Of a DNA stretch of 55,283 nucleotides, positions 36,060-48,180 are shown one piece after another. The stretch comes from Phoronis australis. Lineage: Eukaryota > Animalia > Phoronida. The stretch is taken from contig NMRA01000714.1 in assembly GCA_002633005.1 (NCBI GenBank), positions 1 through 55,283 of the forward strand. The letters run 5' to 3'. Position 1 is the stretch's first letter, and every line of letters starts with the position of its first letter. A program made the translations under genes and the position numbers. Below the pieces are notes generated by a model. It was not told the origin of the DNA. It worked only from the letters and a program-made list of their open reading frames with translations, and searched no databases.

Positions 36060-38791
36060 AGTCCTGCTCTCACGCGTTGTTAACCCTTATTACATGGTTA
36101 GAGAATGTTATAAGGATCCAAGAAGTACTTACCCCATAACTAATACACAATCCATACTCGAAAAAGTTTAAATGAACGCGCCACTCACGATTCGCACCCG
36201 AAGAACGGCCGCCATTTTGAACTTGCCGCGAACCCGGAAGTGCAATTCATTCAGGAACCCAGGCTAAGAAAACGCCGTCAGTGCGACTGGAGCAGTGCTG
36301 GTTACCAGCCTACAAATGGGGATAAAATAATCGACAGCGCGCCTTAATTTTAATAAAATCAAAATACCGACAACTTTATCGAATTTGCTGAAGAAATGTG
36401 GCGAATAAATTTTGAGAGAAATTATTTTGCTAGACTCGGGATTGCAGCGTATCGGACCCAGTGCCGATCGAGACCAGACACTGGCGAACGGTAAATGCAT
36501 GCGGTTGCAAGCTGTTTTGTCGAAGTAAAATGCTCAAATCATAAATGCCGCGTATATTCAAAGATAGTTTCAGACACTTGCATGAAATTACGGGCTGGTT
36601 AGTCCTGTGTCACACTGTCGCGGCAGACATTAGCTAGCCTCAGTGCCAGCTACCAGTGAATACTATCGTCAAAATACAGCTTGCTAGTACATGTAGGCCT
36701 ATACAGCTTTGCGCCAAGGCTACCCTAAGGACTAACAGGTCACTGGCCACAGCGCTCGCTCAAACGAGGTTTATTTAGAACTTGGGTACTTCTCGCGAAC
36801 TGTGCAAAGTTGTTGGCTTTCAATAGAGATTTGCCCAGACTTTGTATGAGCGCACCAAGCCTAAAAGAATGGGGGAGCTGGAATTCTTGGTATGTCTTTT
36901 ACTATAGATTCACTGCGTATGTTCAGAGCTATGAATTGAAGACGCTAAATTTTGGTACTTCATGTCTTCTAGTGGAATATTGTCTTATTTTCTTTTTTTC
37001 GGAATTCGTGTTTCTCTGACTGAGGCAGACCTTTCTCCATAGGGGGCTCGTTCGAGCACATAAGTATGATAAGTCCAATACAAAATGTTGTCATTTTTAT
37101 TCATTAACCCAAAATGATTCAAACTTTTAACATAATAAGTAACTTAAAATATTCAATACTTTACAACATTTAGCATTATAAACACTATTCAACATATGCA
37201 CGCACCCAGCCTTCAATATGGGGGGCTCGAATTCCCGGCGATGTGGGGCTTTTGCTAAAAAAGAGTCAGCGGACTAAAAAAAAAAACGGGAGTACCACTG
37301 TGAATTGCGCGTTTGCGCTTCTTGAGTGGACTTTTGTCCCATTTTCTCCGGCTTTTTATCTCTCGGGGGCGGACCTTTTTGCCCACTTCGAGCCCCCCCC
37401 CCTGGGTGTGCGCATGCAACATCAAAAGTTTCCATGTGGACATACATGTAACTATTACCATGGTGACCGAATAGTACTTCCTTACACCAGAATTTAACAA
37501 GCATGATTAAAAAATATGAAGTTGAAAGGAACAGGAATCGGAGGCTTGGAGCTTCACAATCCAACATAGCTTATTTCTCAAATTAAGATTATTCACATTG
37601 TTGACTTGAAACCTGAATTGAGAAGCAATAAGTTACAACACATGACTTGAAAGCAATTGAGACTTAAAATTTACAAAAATATGAAACATTTTGTGACACC
37701 GAATCAAGTCTTGAACAGCAGTTGACAGTCAAACAAAAACATTTCAAAATTATTTCAACTATTTTTTTAGCTTAGTGTAAGATCACCTGAATGGGAAATT
37801 CACAGTAAAATAAACTGTAATTCGAATATATCTTATATTTTTGCACAAAAACCACGAAAATTGAACAAAGTTCCTTTTTTGTACCAACTTTGTCAAAATG
37901 TATCAACGTTAAATCTTCAAAAATTACAAAGTAGCCGATTAAACATGCCTTTCAGGTCAGCAAAAGTCGCCATGTTGTCGGTGCCGCCGGAAATGAGTCC
38001 AACGGGAATTGTGAGCACATTTATCACTTAATGAGTAACAACTGCGAAGCTGAAATTTGGTGACCACTGTTGAATCGTGCAAAATAGTAAGTAAAGATAT
38101 TGTCTAACTAAATTTCACCGTAATTTGTTGGCGAAAACAATTTACACGTTTTAAACTGGTAACTTATCCCGCTGTCTTCCAATATGGCCGACGCGATCCA
38201 AACAAATTTCGCCACAAAAACTGCAATATCTTTACTGCTTGCACCGATTTTGATACTTTTTCGATTTTTTCTGAGTAGAATGCACTGACTTTCTGAGGAT
38301 AGCAAAGTACTTTTTCAAAACGAGAAACAAATCAAAACGAAAAAAATTGGTTCGACCCATATTGGTTCTTAGGTTCGACCGGCCTACGTTAGGAACTAAA
38401 CACCGATGCTATTTTACCATAATAAGTACGCGTAACATTCAAAAAAATTCAACGGCCACTAACTACAACCTATAAATACACTACACACACAAACGAATCA
38501 CGAGATATTACTAATAAAACAAAATAATGAAGACTTTTCGAGCAATCCATAGCACATTCAGTTACAAGGAAAAATGGCGGCGTTCAGGACAAGTTCCTGA
38601 ACTGATTAGCTGGAAATGTGGGTACGGAAATAACCGATGACAGAAGGTAATTATACGCTCGCAGAGAAGGGACAAATACAGTTAAAAAACGCTTTTGGCA
38701 AGAAAGGTGAAAAGAATATAAAGAAAGGGTGTCGAAAATAAGATTTTATGTAGTATGTATTTTCGGATACTGGAACAACATGGGCAGGACT
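36060..38791 (+). mobile_element. Non-autonomous Kolobok-type element, copy 2, with a ~1.1 kb extra segment
   Basis: TTAG|AGTCCTGC...GCAGGACT|TTAA (8 bp TIR; TSD with one mismatch). Direct repeat of 30186-31829, except that ~36751-37845 is absent from copy 1. Confidence 0.78.
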
Positions 38792-38889
38792 TTAAGTAAT
38801 TCTGATGTTCATATGAGTTGATGCAATGTGAAGTTTCACATTGTATTAAAATATTAACAAACAAGTATCTCTCTGACTGTTGCATGTAA

Positions 38890-39370
38890 CAAATGCGTCA
38901 ATGGCTTGGCTCCAGTATATCTCGACTGCAAATTCTGTAGTAGTCAAGCTACATACTCTACAGGTTCTTCTGCTGCTAGTAATGTTTATTTTAAAAAAAT
39001 TAAAACCGAGACTGGCATGAGGTCTTTTATTTATGCTGCTGCTGCAATATGGAACTCTCGTACATGTAGCTCAGAAATTAAACCACCCAATTCAATTAAT
39101 ACTGGCAAAATTAATATTAAAAAGTGGCCGCAATTACTTACCAATTCTTACACCTTGTCTTTCTCAATTATGTCATTTTTCATTATTGTTCATGCCCTCA
39201 CTATTTAGTATCATCTCTTTATTTCATCTCTCTCGGTCAAAATTCCGTTGCTGCTTTGTTACCTATATCTAATTATTGTACTGTATTACATCCTGTTGTT
39301 GAGGGCCCCTGAAAAGCAGTGCTGTTACTGAAGAGGCTACCCTTAAGTATTACAATGAATAAGTAAATAA
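38890..39370 (+). mobile_element. 5'-truncated LINE (CR1/L2 group) ORF2 C-terminus and 3' UTR
   Basis: NGLAPVYL...YST...TETGMRSFIYAAAAIWNS...EIK...SINTGK..IKKW resembles the AP.YL / RSF.Y...LWNSLP..IK...FK..LK tail of CR1/L2-group ORF2. Ends in an AATAA-rich tail. Confidence 0.72.
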
Positions 39371-40693
39371 TTTGAATAGTTGGTACTTGAGCCGGATTTA
39401 CCGTATACTTGTTATGTCGTGATCTTTGCATTTTAGCCTGAACAAAAGAATATTTTTATACTATTTTTTTCAGTTCTTAACTGACTGTAATTGGTATTTT
39501 AGTTATGGCTGGCAGGCAAAATCAAAAGAACTCTTAAGATAGCTTCGGTTCTGTATCAGAAAACAACGTATTTATGATCTTGTATTGGAAGATGAAATCA
39601 AGTATAGAGGTGAAAAGTTATTTCTGCCATGACCTAAATAGGCTTAAAGGTATTCGTACGAACTTTAAAATCAGCACATTTGTAAACGACATACTGATCA
39701 AAATTTTCGTTTATTGTCTCTTGTGTACCTGTACAGTATGTTCTACACCTGTCACTTGATTGGAAAATTGTGATTTTTTTATTGGGATATATTGAAGCGT
39801 CGATAAATGTGCCGTGGTTTACATATGCGATGATTTTAAAGTTCGTACTCATACTTTGGCCCAAACAAATGCGATTAAAGATATGCATATTGTTTTCCTT
39901 TAATCACAATGGTACTGGTCCATTTCTTCCTCCTATAATAAGTATTTTGTACATCATATTTCGTATTATGTAAGATAGAATTTGTGGTATTTGTATGTGT
40001 TGATATGCAGCACTTATATATGTTGTGTGTTTGTTAACACATCTCACTTGGTCACTAGATTCGAATTATATTTTTCATAAAATAGACTATTGTACAGCCC
40101 ATGTTTATTTTCTCAGGCAAAGTTGTTTCCTTATCCCTATTATATGTATTTGTATGCATGTTTTAAAAAATAAAAACTCTCTAATTAGATAAATTGCTTA
40201 GCTTTTATGTTATTTTATTTCATTTTGAATAATTTCAATATAAGTAAAACCAACCTACCAATACTGGGATGTGTCATTTCTACAAAATTCGTTGTCAGCC
40301 AATGTAACTACCACATAGAGGTTTCTGATTGTCCTCCGTATGAAAATCAGGGTCAAAGGGAAGGTCAGAAGTAGTTCTATTTAGTTGGAGAATTTTATGA
40401 TGCCTTGTTAATTGAGGCAGCCCAGCCAGCTGGCTCTCTATTGTGTTAGCAGGGGATGGGGTAATTGAAACTTACGCTTCAGTCAACAAATTTAATTGGG
40501 TTTTGGCTTGAATTTTCAGTAGGAATAGGTTCGTCATGTAAAGTGCATGAAATACTTTTTATGTTTCATGAACTTCGGTAATATGAAGTATTGTTAACAC
40601 ATGGTTATAATCCAAGTTACTGTTTCGATTTATGTTGCTTAGGCTTTAAAAACATCTACAGCGAACAGGCAGCAAATTTTGCTTAAACACCTA

Positions 40694-40895
40694 TAATCCG
40701 ACTAAGTCCTCACCGAGTCCCTAGATATGTTTTAGAATGCATTTAGACTCGACATTTTGCTTGTCCACAGTATATTCACATAAACTAGCTTTTTTAATCC
40801 GACTGATTCCTCAACGAGTCCTTAGATATATTTTAGAATGCATTTAGACTCGAAATATTGTTTTTCCACAGTATATTCACATAAACTGGCTTTTT
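40694..40895. repeat. ~103 bp tandem duplication
   Basis: TAATCCGACT...TTTTAGAATGCATTTAGACTCGA...CCACAGTATATTCACATAAACT occurs twice, immediately before the TTAA of copy B. Confidence 0.9.
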
Positions 40896-41789
40896 GAGAC
40901 ATTAAGTATCAGTCCACGGATCCACCGACCACTGTACAGCCAACAAGCGGCAAGGTGGGGGGTCAGCCATTCAGATCCATGTTTAGCCTGATAAATCACA
41001 TTAGAGATGAGAGAAATTAGGTGAAGTATGACGTCACAAAGTTTGGTGGTTTAGGAGATACAAGGGAAGTGTTCTTGGGGGCAAAATGAGGCAATTTCTT
41101 GGTGTGGAACGAGTCATTTTTGACCAAATTTTCTACTCCAGTTTCTGCTTCAAACAGAATCGTTTCTGAACAATTTTGATATCACATGATAGGTTTATGA
41201 CCAATGTCAGTAAAAACGGCACCGACACTGCAATATCGGTTACCATGGTAACACTGGAACTGTTTCCGTGGAGGTACATTTCCTTCTTGTGAAAAACCAG
41301 CAGTAAGTTGTACCCTTATAGCGAAGCTGCCCCCGCGAGAAAACTAAAAATAATAACATGGACATGTAGAAGACTCCATGCCCTTGAAATTAATACAATA
41401 AAAACTTTGTCAGCCCTTCAGGCAGGCTTGGTAATAGGTGTCTGAATTTCACTATTTTCAGACCGCGTATGTGTATTTGTCATGTTAAACCAGTCACTAG
41501 TTGTGCGCCGTTTCTACGCATTAATATGCCGTGGTATAATACAACAATTAAAAGAATTGGTTTGCTTAAATGTTTTTAATTAATTTTAAAGACACTAGCA
41601 TTTCCCACTAAAATATGAAATTATACTAAATTTGTTCATCCAACTCGTCTGAATACCAAACTAAAGCTTACAATGCGTTAGTTGAATGATGGCTGACCTA
41701 AAGTGCGGGTTTGCGAATTTATCTATTTATCTGGCACTGCCAGTCGCATCGAATGTGGTATTTCTACAAATTGCGGAGAGAAACAACTT

Positions 41790-42128
41790 TGGAAACTCTT
41801 GGGAAATGCACAAGGTATAGAGCGAGACATTTGAGCACCTTATAAGAGTACGTGGAGCTGATGTGGAGGTGGAACGTGTCCTCCTGAGAAGTAGTCTGTC
41901 TCAGTGTCTGCCTCGGAGGCAGGTGTGGAGCAGGAGCTACATAATCTACCTTATTAGATTCACTTGCCCGAATCATCGTTACAACACTCGAGATATATTG
42001 CTGTCGCCAAAGACACTGAGAACATCCACTGCACACTAGAGGAGAAATCTGATAGAGCCTGATAGAGGTCTGAAAAATGACCAAAGACGTTAAGTCAAGG
42101 TTCAACGTCCTGCTTCGTGTGAGCTCAG
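41790..42128 (+). pseudogene. Decayed N-terminal Cys/His-rich exon of the Sola3-like transposase (copy B; counterpart ~5120-5390 in A)
   Basis: Across frameshifts: TCPNHRYN...EHPLH...DRGL..MTKDVKSRFNVLLRVSSG, ending at CAG|GTAGGA. This resembles an ICPxHR...HPxH...DR...VPVGSG N-terminal motif. Confidence 0.45.
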
Positions 42129-42558
42129 GTAGGAATCACTAAACTCCAGGGTATGACCCTGAGGAATATTTTTAGAAGCACGTCATTCATGCAAAAATAC
42201 TTTTATTGTCACACCGTGATTGCTTATAACTTGGGCCTTATTGCTTAATCATATCTTATTCAAATGTGTTGATGTTTATGCAACTACATGTATACATTGG
42301 CATAGAAAATAGGTAGTCATCATAACTTTTCATAACAACCACCAAATGTGTAACATGACTTCTGCCCATGAACTACTTTTAGAGACTAGGGAGTATGTTA
42401 TGTCTGCCAATGAATTTCTGCGATTATGAAGTTAATTAAACATGCTAAAGCCGTCAAAAATATTGGTGCCTTCACTTTAGCTTGGTATTCATATTTTCTG
42501 AGCCGAAATGGCCACATTAAATTTAATATGTTTAATTTTTTCATTAATACAATTTTAG

Positions 42559-42960
42559 GAATCAGGAAAGGCTTATGCTGAAGAAGTGGCTTCTGCTGAA
42601 GTTGGAGACTTGCCGATTATTAGTAAAGGTTGGGTATGGAAAAGTTCACAACCAGCAAGAAGGTACCCTTCTGGACAACTAAGTGAGGGGGCTAGAGAGA
42701 GGCCGTAAAGTCTACTCCCAGAAGATATGTCAAAGAGAATTTGTAGCTTGAGGAACGAGTCGGGGGGAAAAGTATTTGCCAAAGATTACTGGCTTATACC
42801 ACAACAGGTCCAAAGTAATTTGTTGAGATAGGCCACTCTCAGCAAATGTGGGGAAACTGGGACAGAGGAAGTGGAGTATGCATTGAAAGAGGCAATCTGC
42901 GATTGTCAAGGATGTAGCATTGTAAAAACTCAAAAGGAGGAAACAGTACAGTGGCTGGAC
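42559..42960 (+). pseudogene. Decayed C-terminal exon of the Sola3-like transposase (copy B)
   Basis: ESGKAYAEEVASAEVGDLPIISKGWVWKSSQPARRY...P*SLLPEDMSKRICSLRNESGGKVFAKDYWLIPQQVQSNLLR* in one frame with internal stops. Confidence 0.55.
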
Positions 42961-45944
42961 CTGTAAATACTCTGGCTGATCTGCTAAATCCAGTGGGGGC
43001 ATTATTGTATCAGCACAGCTGTGTAGGGAAGTAGGCTTGTGTGTTGTCGCAAGCTTTGTTTGCACCAGAACTGCTTGTGTGAACAGCACAAATCTAAAAT
43101 TTACCTAGTCTAAGACTGAATTTTTCTCCGGGCACGGATCATGATCCTGGGCCACATGGTAATGGTACATTGTTCATTTTGTTTAGCCACTGGATTTTTT
43201 GGTCTGACAGGATTTCTCAGTGTGGCCATCACATTTAGATGATTTCTGACCACTGTACTGTTCATTTTCCTTGAAGATGCATAATTGATCTGAATTTATG
43301 TTTCCGCATTTTATTTACCATTATAGATTTTTGTTTGTAAATGGGTATATATTACTGAAATTTGAGACCCTGTTGCAGTTAGGCTGGTTTTGTTAACTTA
43401 TCTTTCTACCTGGGTTGTAAACCCATATTCTGTCCAGGAGGTAATAAGTTTTGATTTAGACCACTTACCTGTATAAAATTTGCTCAGTTTGTTCCTTATC
43501 CAGATGGGAAGTGATTTCTGGAATTATAGCGAATTGACAGTTTGCTATTCCTTGAGACCATGCTGTGTGTATAAAATCACACACTATTAGTCTGGTCTCT
43601 AGCAATTGCATATTGCCAGATCTTTCAAAGTTCTCAAAAGTGACCTGGAAGTAATACCTATTTCGTGATGGTAAAATGTCTAAATCAAAAGTTGTTTTAT
43701 GCGATTCTAGGCGAGTTTATGTCCACTTCAAATGATTTTTGTTGCAGTACTGAAAAGTATTGGCACATTAGCTCTGGTGGCTCCTTGTTTTTTTGGCGAA
43801 TTGACCATTTTATGGTTCCCATGGGTAATTTTGTTAGTGGTCTAGTATGTATGTACAACTGTAATCGTAGGGCAATTGTAATGCAAACCATGTTGCAAAA
43901 GTATTTTTTCATGACCATTTCATTGTAAAATGCTGCCTAATTGGAACCGACATGCCAATTTTTCATTTTGTGGTGGTTAGTTTTGATAAGAACATTGATG
44001 TGGTAAATACAGCTACCTCAAGTTTGTGAAGAAGAGATTTCCAGTGTTGTCAGCGATATTGTGAAATCACTTTTTCGCAGTGAGACTACATCACCTTAAA
44101 TGTAATTCCCTGACTTTATGGGCTTTGTGTGGTTGACTCTGTCCTGTAGCAATTAGAGTGTTGAAAAGATCTAGAAGGCAATTTTTTATTAGACTCATAA
44201 TATTTGCACTTTTGACTGTACAATTATCTTTGCATTGTATTACGAAAACATATTCTGTAGTACACAAGTCTCTGGTTGGTATTTTATATTTTTTCACAAG
44301 GAATATTTTCAGCTTAGATGAGTTGTCTGTGAGGTAGGCAATTTTCAAATAAGATAATGAATAAAATTGTCAAACATTGTTTTATTTTTTAGATGTGTGA
44401 TCTTCCAATAAGTGATTACTTTTAAAAAACCTGTGCAGAATTTGATTTTTACTCTTCATTTTAAGGAGAATAAATCCATAAACCTGCATTGTCTTGAAAT
44501 TTTACTCAAACTACAGATTGGGTTGGGGATTGGAATCTTAATACAACAGAGTCTGAACCCGTACCATGAGCAATACAACACAATACACGGATATAAAAAT
44601 TTGGTGTTTAGGTTCCACGGAAAGGATTCGTGTGCGCGGTAATAGTTACTAAGGTGCGTGGTCATTGTTTGTGGATACTTTGGGATTCCTCTTCTGTGGT
44701 CATCCACGGGAAACCTGGTCGCATAGAGAACAATAGATTAGCATCTTCATTGTTATAATAAAGATATAATGACGAGCACTTATCGGCAACGGTCTGATGT
44801 ACGCAAGGTTCTATATCCATGCGACCTGTGTTGTTATATCCAACAGTGACACAACAATGGAAAACAATGATAGGACCGATGGGCGAAAAACATGCGACGA
44901 GTTGCCACAGACAGTGGTGGAGTTTGTCTTGTCATTCGAATGTTTTTAGAGAACTGCAAACCCGGTATTTCGTCAGGAAAATTTCTGCGGTCTTTTGTTT
45001 TAAGTCGTGGGAAAAATTGCGGTCATGCCACCAAACTTATCATTCATTTGATATTACAATGCATTGCATGAACATTTGATCAACAGAAAATCTGACTTGA
45101 ATATGTGTGAAGAAATACCCATGAGGAAATTGCAAAGTAAAACAACTGTAAATCAAAATAACCTACATTTGTCGAGTTCATGTCTAACCCTGTTCACTGT
45201 GGAGGACATAATCGGCTTTTTACAAAATGGAGCCATGTATGGTATTTAGGGGTACTATAGCCCTAAGTGATAAGTAGTAAAACGTTCAAAACATTCAGGA
45301 GGAACTAACTTGTTGCAAAATATCGAAAAACATGAAGGACAATCGGATTTTACGGTGCTCACGCATCGATCTCAGATATATGAAAATTTCTCATTTTAGT
45401 ACATTTGAGGTGCCAAAATGTATAACTAATAAACTGGCTGACAAAGTTTTTATTTTATGCAATGAAAGTAACATGTTTTGTCAACATTTTGGCTAAGTTT
45501 CATTCTCATAACAGTGGGGGCAGATTTGGTACAGCAGTGTACTGAACACAACCTCAAAATGGCATAACGGGGGGCAGTGTAGTAAAACTACTAAATGAGG
45601 GTGGTAAATCGGAATCGTGTTTCAAAAGACATCTGCGTAACAATCTATAGGCTCCACTAAACAATGCCAAGTGAATACTAAATCAATAGCTTTCATTCAA
45701 GGAAAAATATGAACAGTTAAAACTGGACATTTTTTATACCGTGAAAACATGGCTGCGAAGCCGTAAAATGTGTTTGAATCTATAACTTTAGAAAAACGCA
45801 ATATTTTGAGGAAATATTTTACCGCTGTTTATAGATCCCATAGGACTACATATGTGCCAAATTTGGTGAAAATCAGCTGACCCCCACCTTGCCGCTCATG
45901 GTTGGTGCTCTCGTGGACTAGTACTTAACTTTTCGACATCAATA

Positions 45945-46307
45945 CCCGGGGTCTAATCTTTTTTCTCGAACTGGAGCTTGAAATTATGTTTGGCATTTTT
46001 TACTCTACTTTTGTGCGAACTTCAGATAAGTGTCTATTATTCTATGCTCGCGTAAAAAATGGTTTACGTGGATAACTTCACCATCCTAGTTTCAATTTGA
46101 TGATCCCGGTATTAAGGATAAATTTTGGTGGCTGGACTCGAAATCTAATCTAGGGGACCCAAGTGCGACTACAAATGAGCATGAATGTACTCGAGCATAG
46201 ACTAATATATACGCTTTTTTGATTTCGTACAAAAGGAAAACAGAAAATGCCAAACAGTGAACAATTTCGAATTAGATTTGAAGTGCAATGTTAGACCCCA
46301 ATCCCAG
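45945..46307. mobile_element. Diverged copy of the 31921-32325 MITE
   Basis: Shares GTCTAATCTTT...TTTGGCA...CTTTTGTGCGAACT..AGATAAGTG and the inverted end TTAGACCCC. Confidence 0.6.
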
Positions 46308-47231
46308 TTTTTTTGTTTTTTATTTGAAGCGACGCACCCACGAGTCCACTGAAACATGTAGCAGCGACAGTCATCTATCCCATCTCATGAGAAAAACGTG
46401 TTAATTATTTGGAAACTTCACCAGAAGATAATAAACACAACTGAGACAAGACAGTAAGCGCGTGACTTCGAAGGCACGTAAACAGGGCGAACTGAAATTT
46501 TAATCTCGTCATAGAGGTACAACTAAGCCGACCATTATATTTTTTACTCAGGTTAGAGCAGCTTCGCTAGGAACAACTAAATGCCATTGTGACAATGTAA
46601 GGTTCACCGGAGTGCGGGTACGAGTCAAAGCAGAGCGACGAGAGTTGTATCCTGGTTGTGTCACAGTAACATGATAAAACGAGTGACGCCTTTCGTTGTG
46701 ACAGGTTGACCGTCTATGCCTTGTCATACACTACTGAAATAGCTATTCATAAGTTGCTGTATTGGTCTTTGTTAGCCAAGGACAATAGACTTATTCACTC
46801 GGTCAGGTCACGCACACGTCTACCTACGATATAGGAGAAAGAGATGTTAACCATATTGCGTATGGTCAGTAATATTCTACCTCACGCATTAGCTGCGCGA
46901 GGATAACATTAAGATCTGTGCGAAAAGGTACGTACCTCGTATTGAGCTGACGGCGATTGCAATACACAAATGAGCGCCAACGATCGATAGGAGTATAAAG
47001 TTCCATGATGTAAGTGTCTTTTTAATATAAGGTTTTCAAAATTCACCAGTCGCGATAGCAGGGATAGCCTCCGCAGTTTGTAAAAGCACATGACTGTCAT
47101 ACATGTACCTAAGACCATCACGGCAGTCATAATTTTGGGTGCCTGTGGGGTGCGTGATTCTTGTTTATAGGTGGTATTCAACCACGATATGACCTTTTTT
47201 TCACGACACAAGTCCTAGCACTGCCCGTTAA

Positions 47232-48180
47232 GGTGGCTCTAAAACGGAATTCAAATGACACCCCTTGCTCTAAGTAAATCGGTCCCATGATATTCTTAAC
47301 GTGTTGGAATTCTTTCTCCGCTAGCAACAAGAGCATCAAAGCATCCAGCGATTTAAGCAGTGGGTTTAGACATACTGAGGACTATTGTGGTTAAACAATC
47401 CTGACATCGCCAAAATGGCGCTTGTACGCATTATATGTGACTTGAGACTGATGAAAGTAAAAGGCGTAATGCGACTACCGATTTTAGCCCGAGTTGAATA
47501 ATGTGATATAGCCAGACAGTTCGGCGCTTCTTACACAAAAGATAGTTGAAGTGGGTATTTTGCAGATAAATTCCTCAGGGTATTTGGAATTAACTGTTTA
47601 GCGTGCCTATGACAAATATTCTGCTGATTTTTATCAACTTAAATGAGTTTTTCTTAAAACTTGTACGCAACCCAAAGAACACACTTCGAGCTGAAATATA
47701 CAACGTTAACGATTGTGAATTTTTTGTTGAAGCAATCGGTGAGCTACATTCCGTTCATGGTTTCATTATGCGTAATTAGGAATTAGACGTATGGAAATGA
47801 ACTCGGCGTACTAAAACGAGCAAAACAAAGGGCCCCACTGCAGAACATGAAAGGTTTTCAAAAACAGGAATACTTCAAATTGGTAAAAACCGTTTCTGAG
47901 TGCTTTGGGGAGAAATTTTATCGGTTTTCGCACATCCCAATCATCTCTTTAAAGAAGTATTGCCTGCTGTCACTTCACAATATTTTTTTATTTTTTTCAA
48001 TGTTCGGTCGCTACAGTTCGTATTTGTGTCCGATCAACGTGGAATTTACTTAAAATGGGAGTCTCTTAAATGGCTCGAAGACGCTTGTTTTAGTAGTCGA
48101 AATCGGAAGCAAGACGGCGCTGTTCCGGGCATTCCTAAAATGCCACATGAAGCAACGACTTATTTTCTATGAAGCCTTCC
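47232..48180. mobile_element. Possible old TTAA-flanked non-autonomous element
   Basis: TTAA|GGTGGCTC ... GAAGCCTTCC|TTAA; only weak terminal complementarity. Confidence 0.3.

Larger units (their letters stand above)
40906..45924 (+). mobile_element. TTAA-flanked Sola3-like transposon derivative, copy B (inverted relative to copy A)
   Basis: TTAA at 40902-40905 and 45925-45928. End-to-end reverse complement of 1360-6288 with scattered substitutions and small indels; the ORF track shows mirrored ORFs. Confidence 0.87.
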
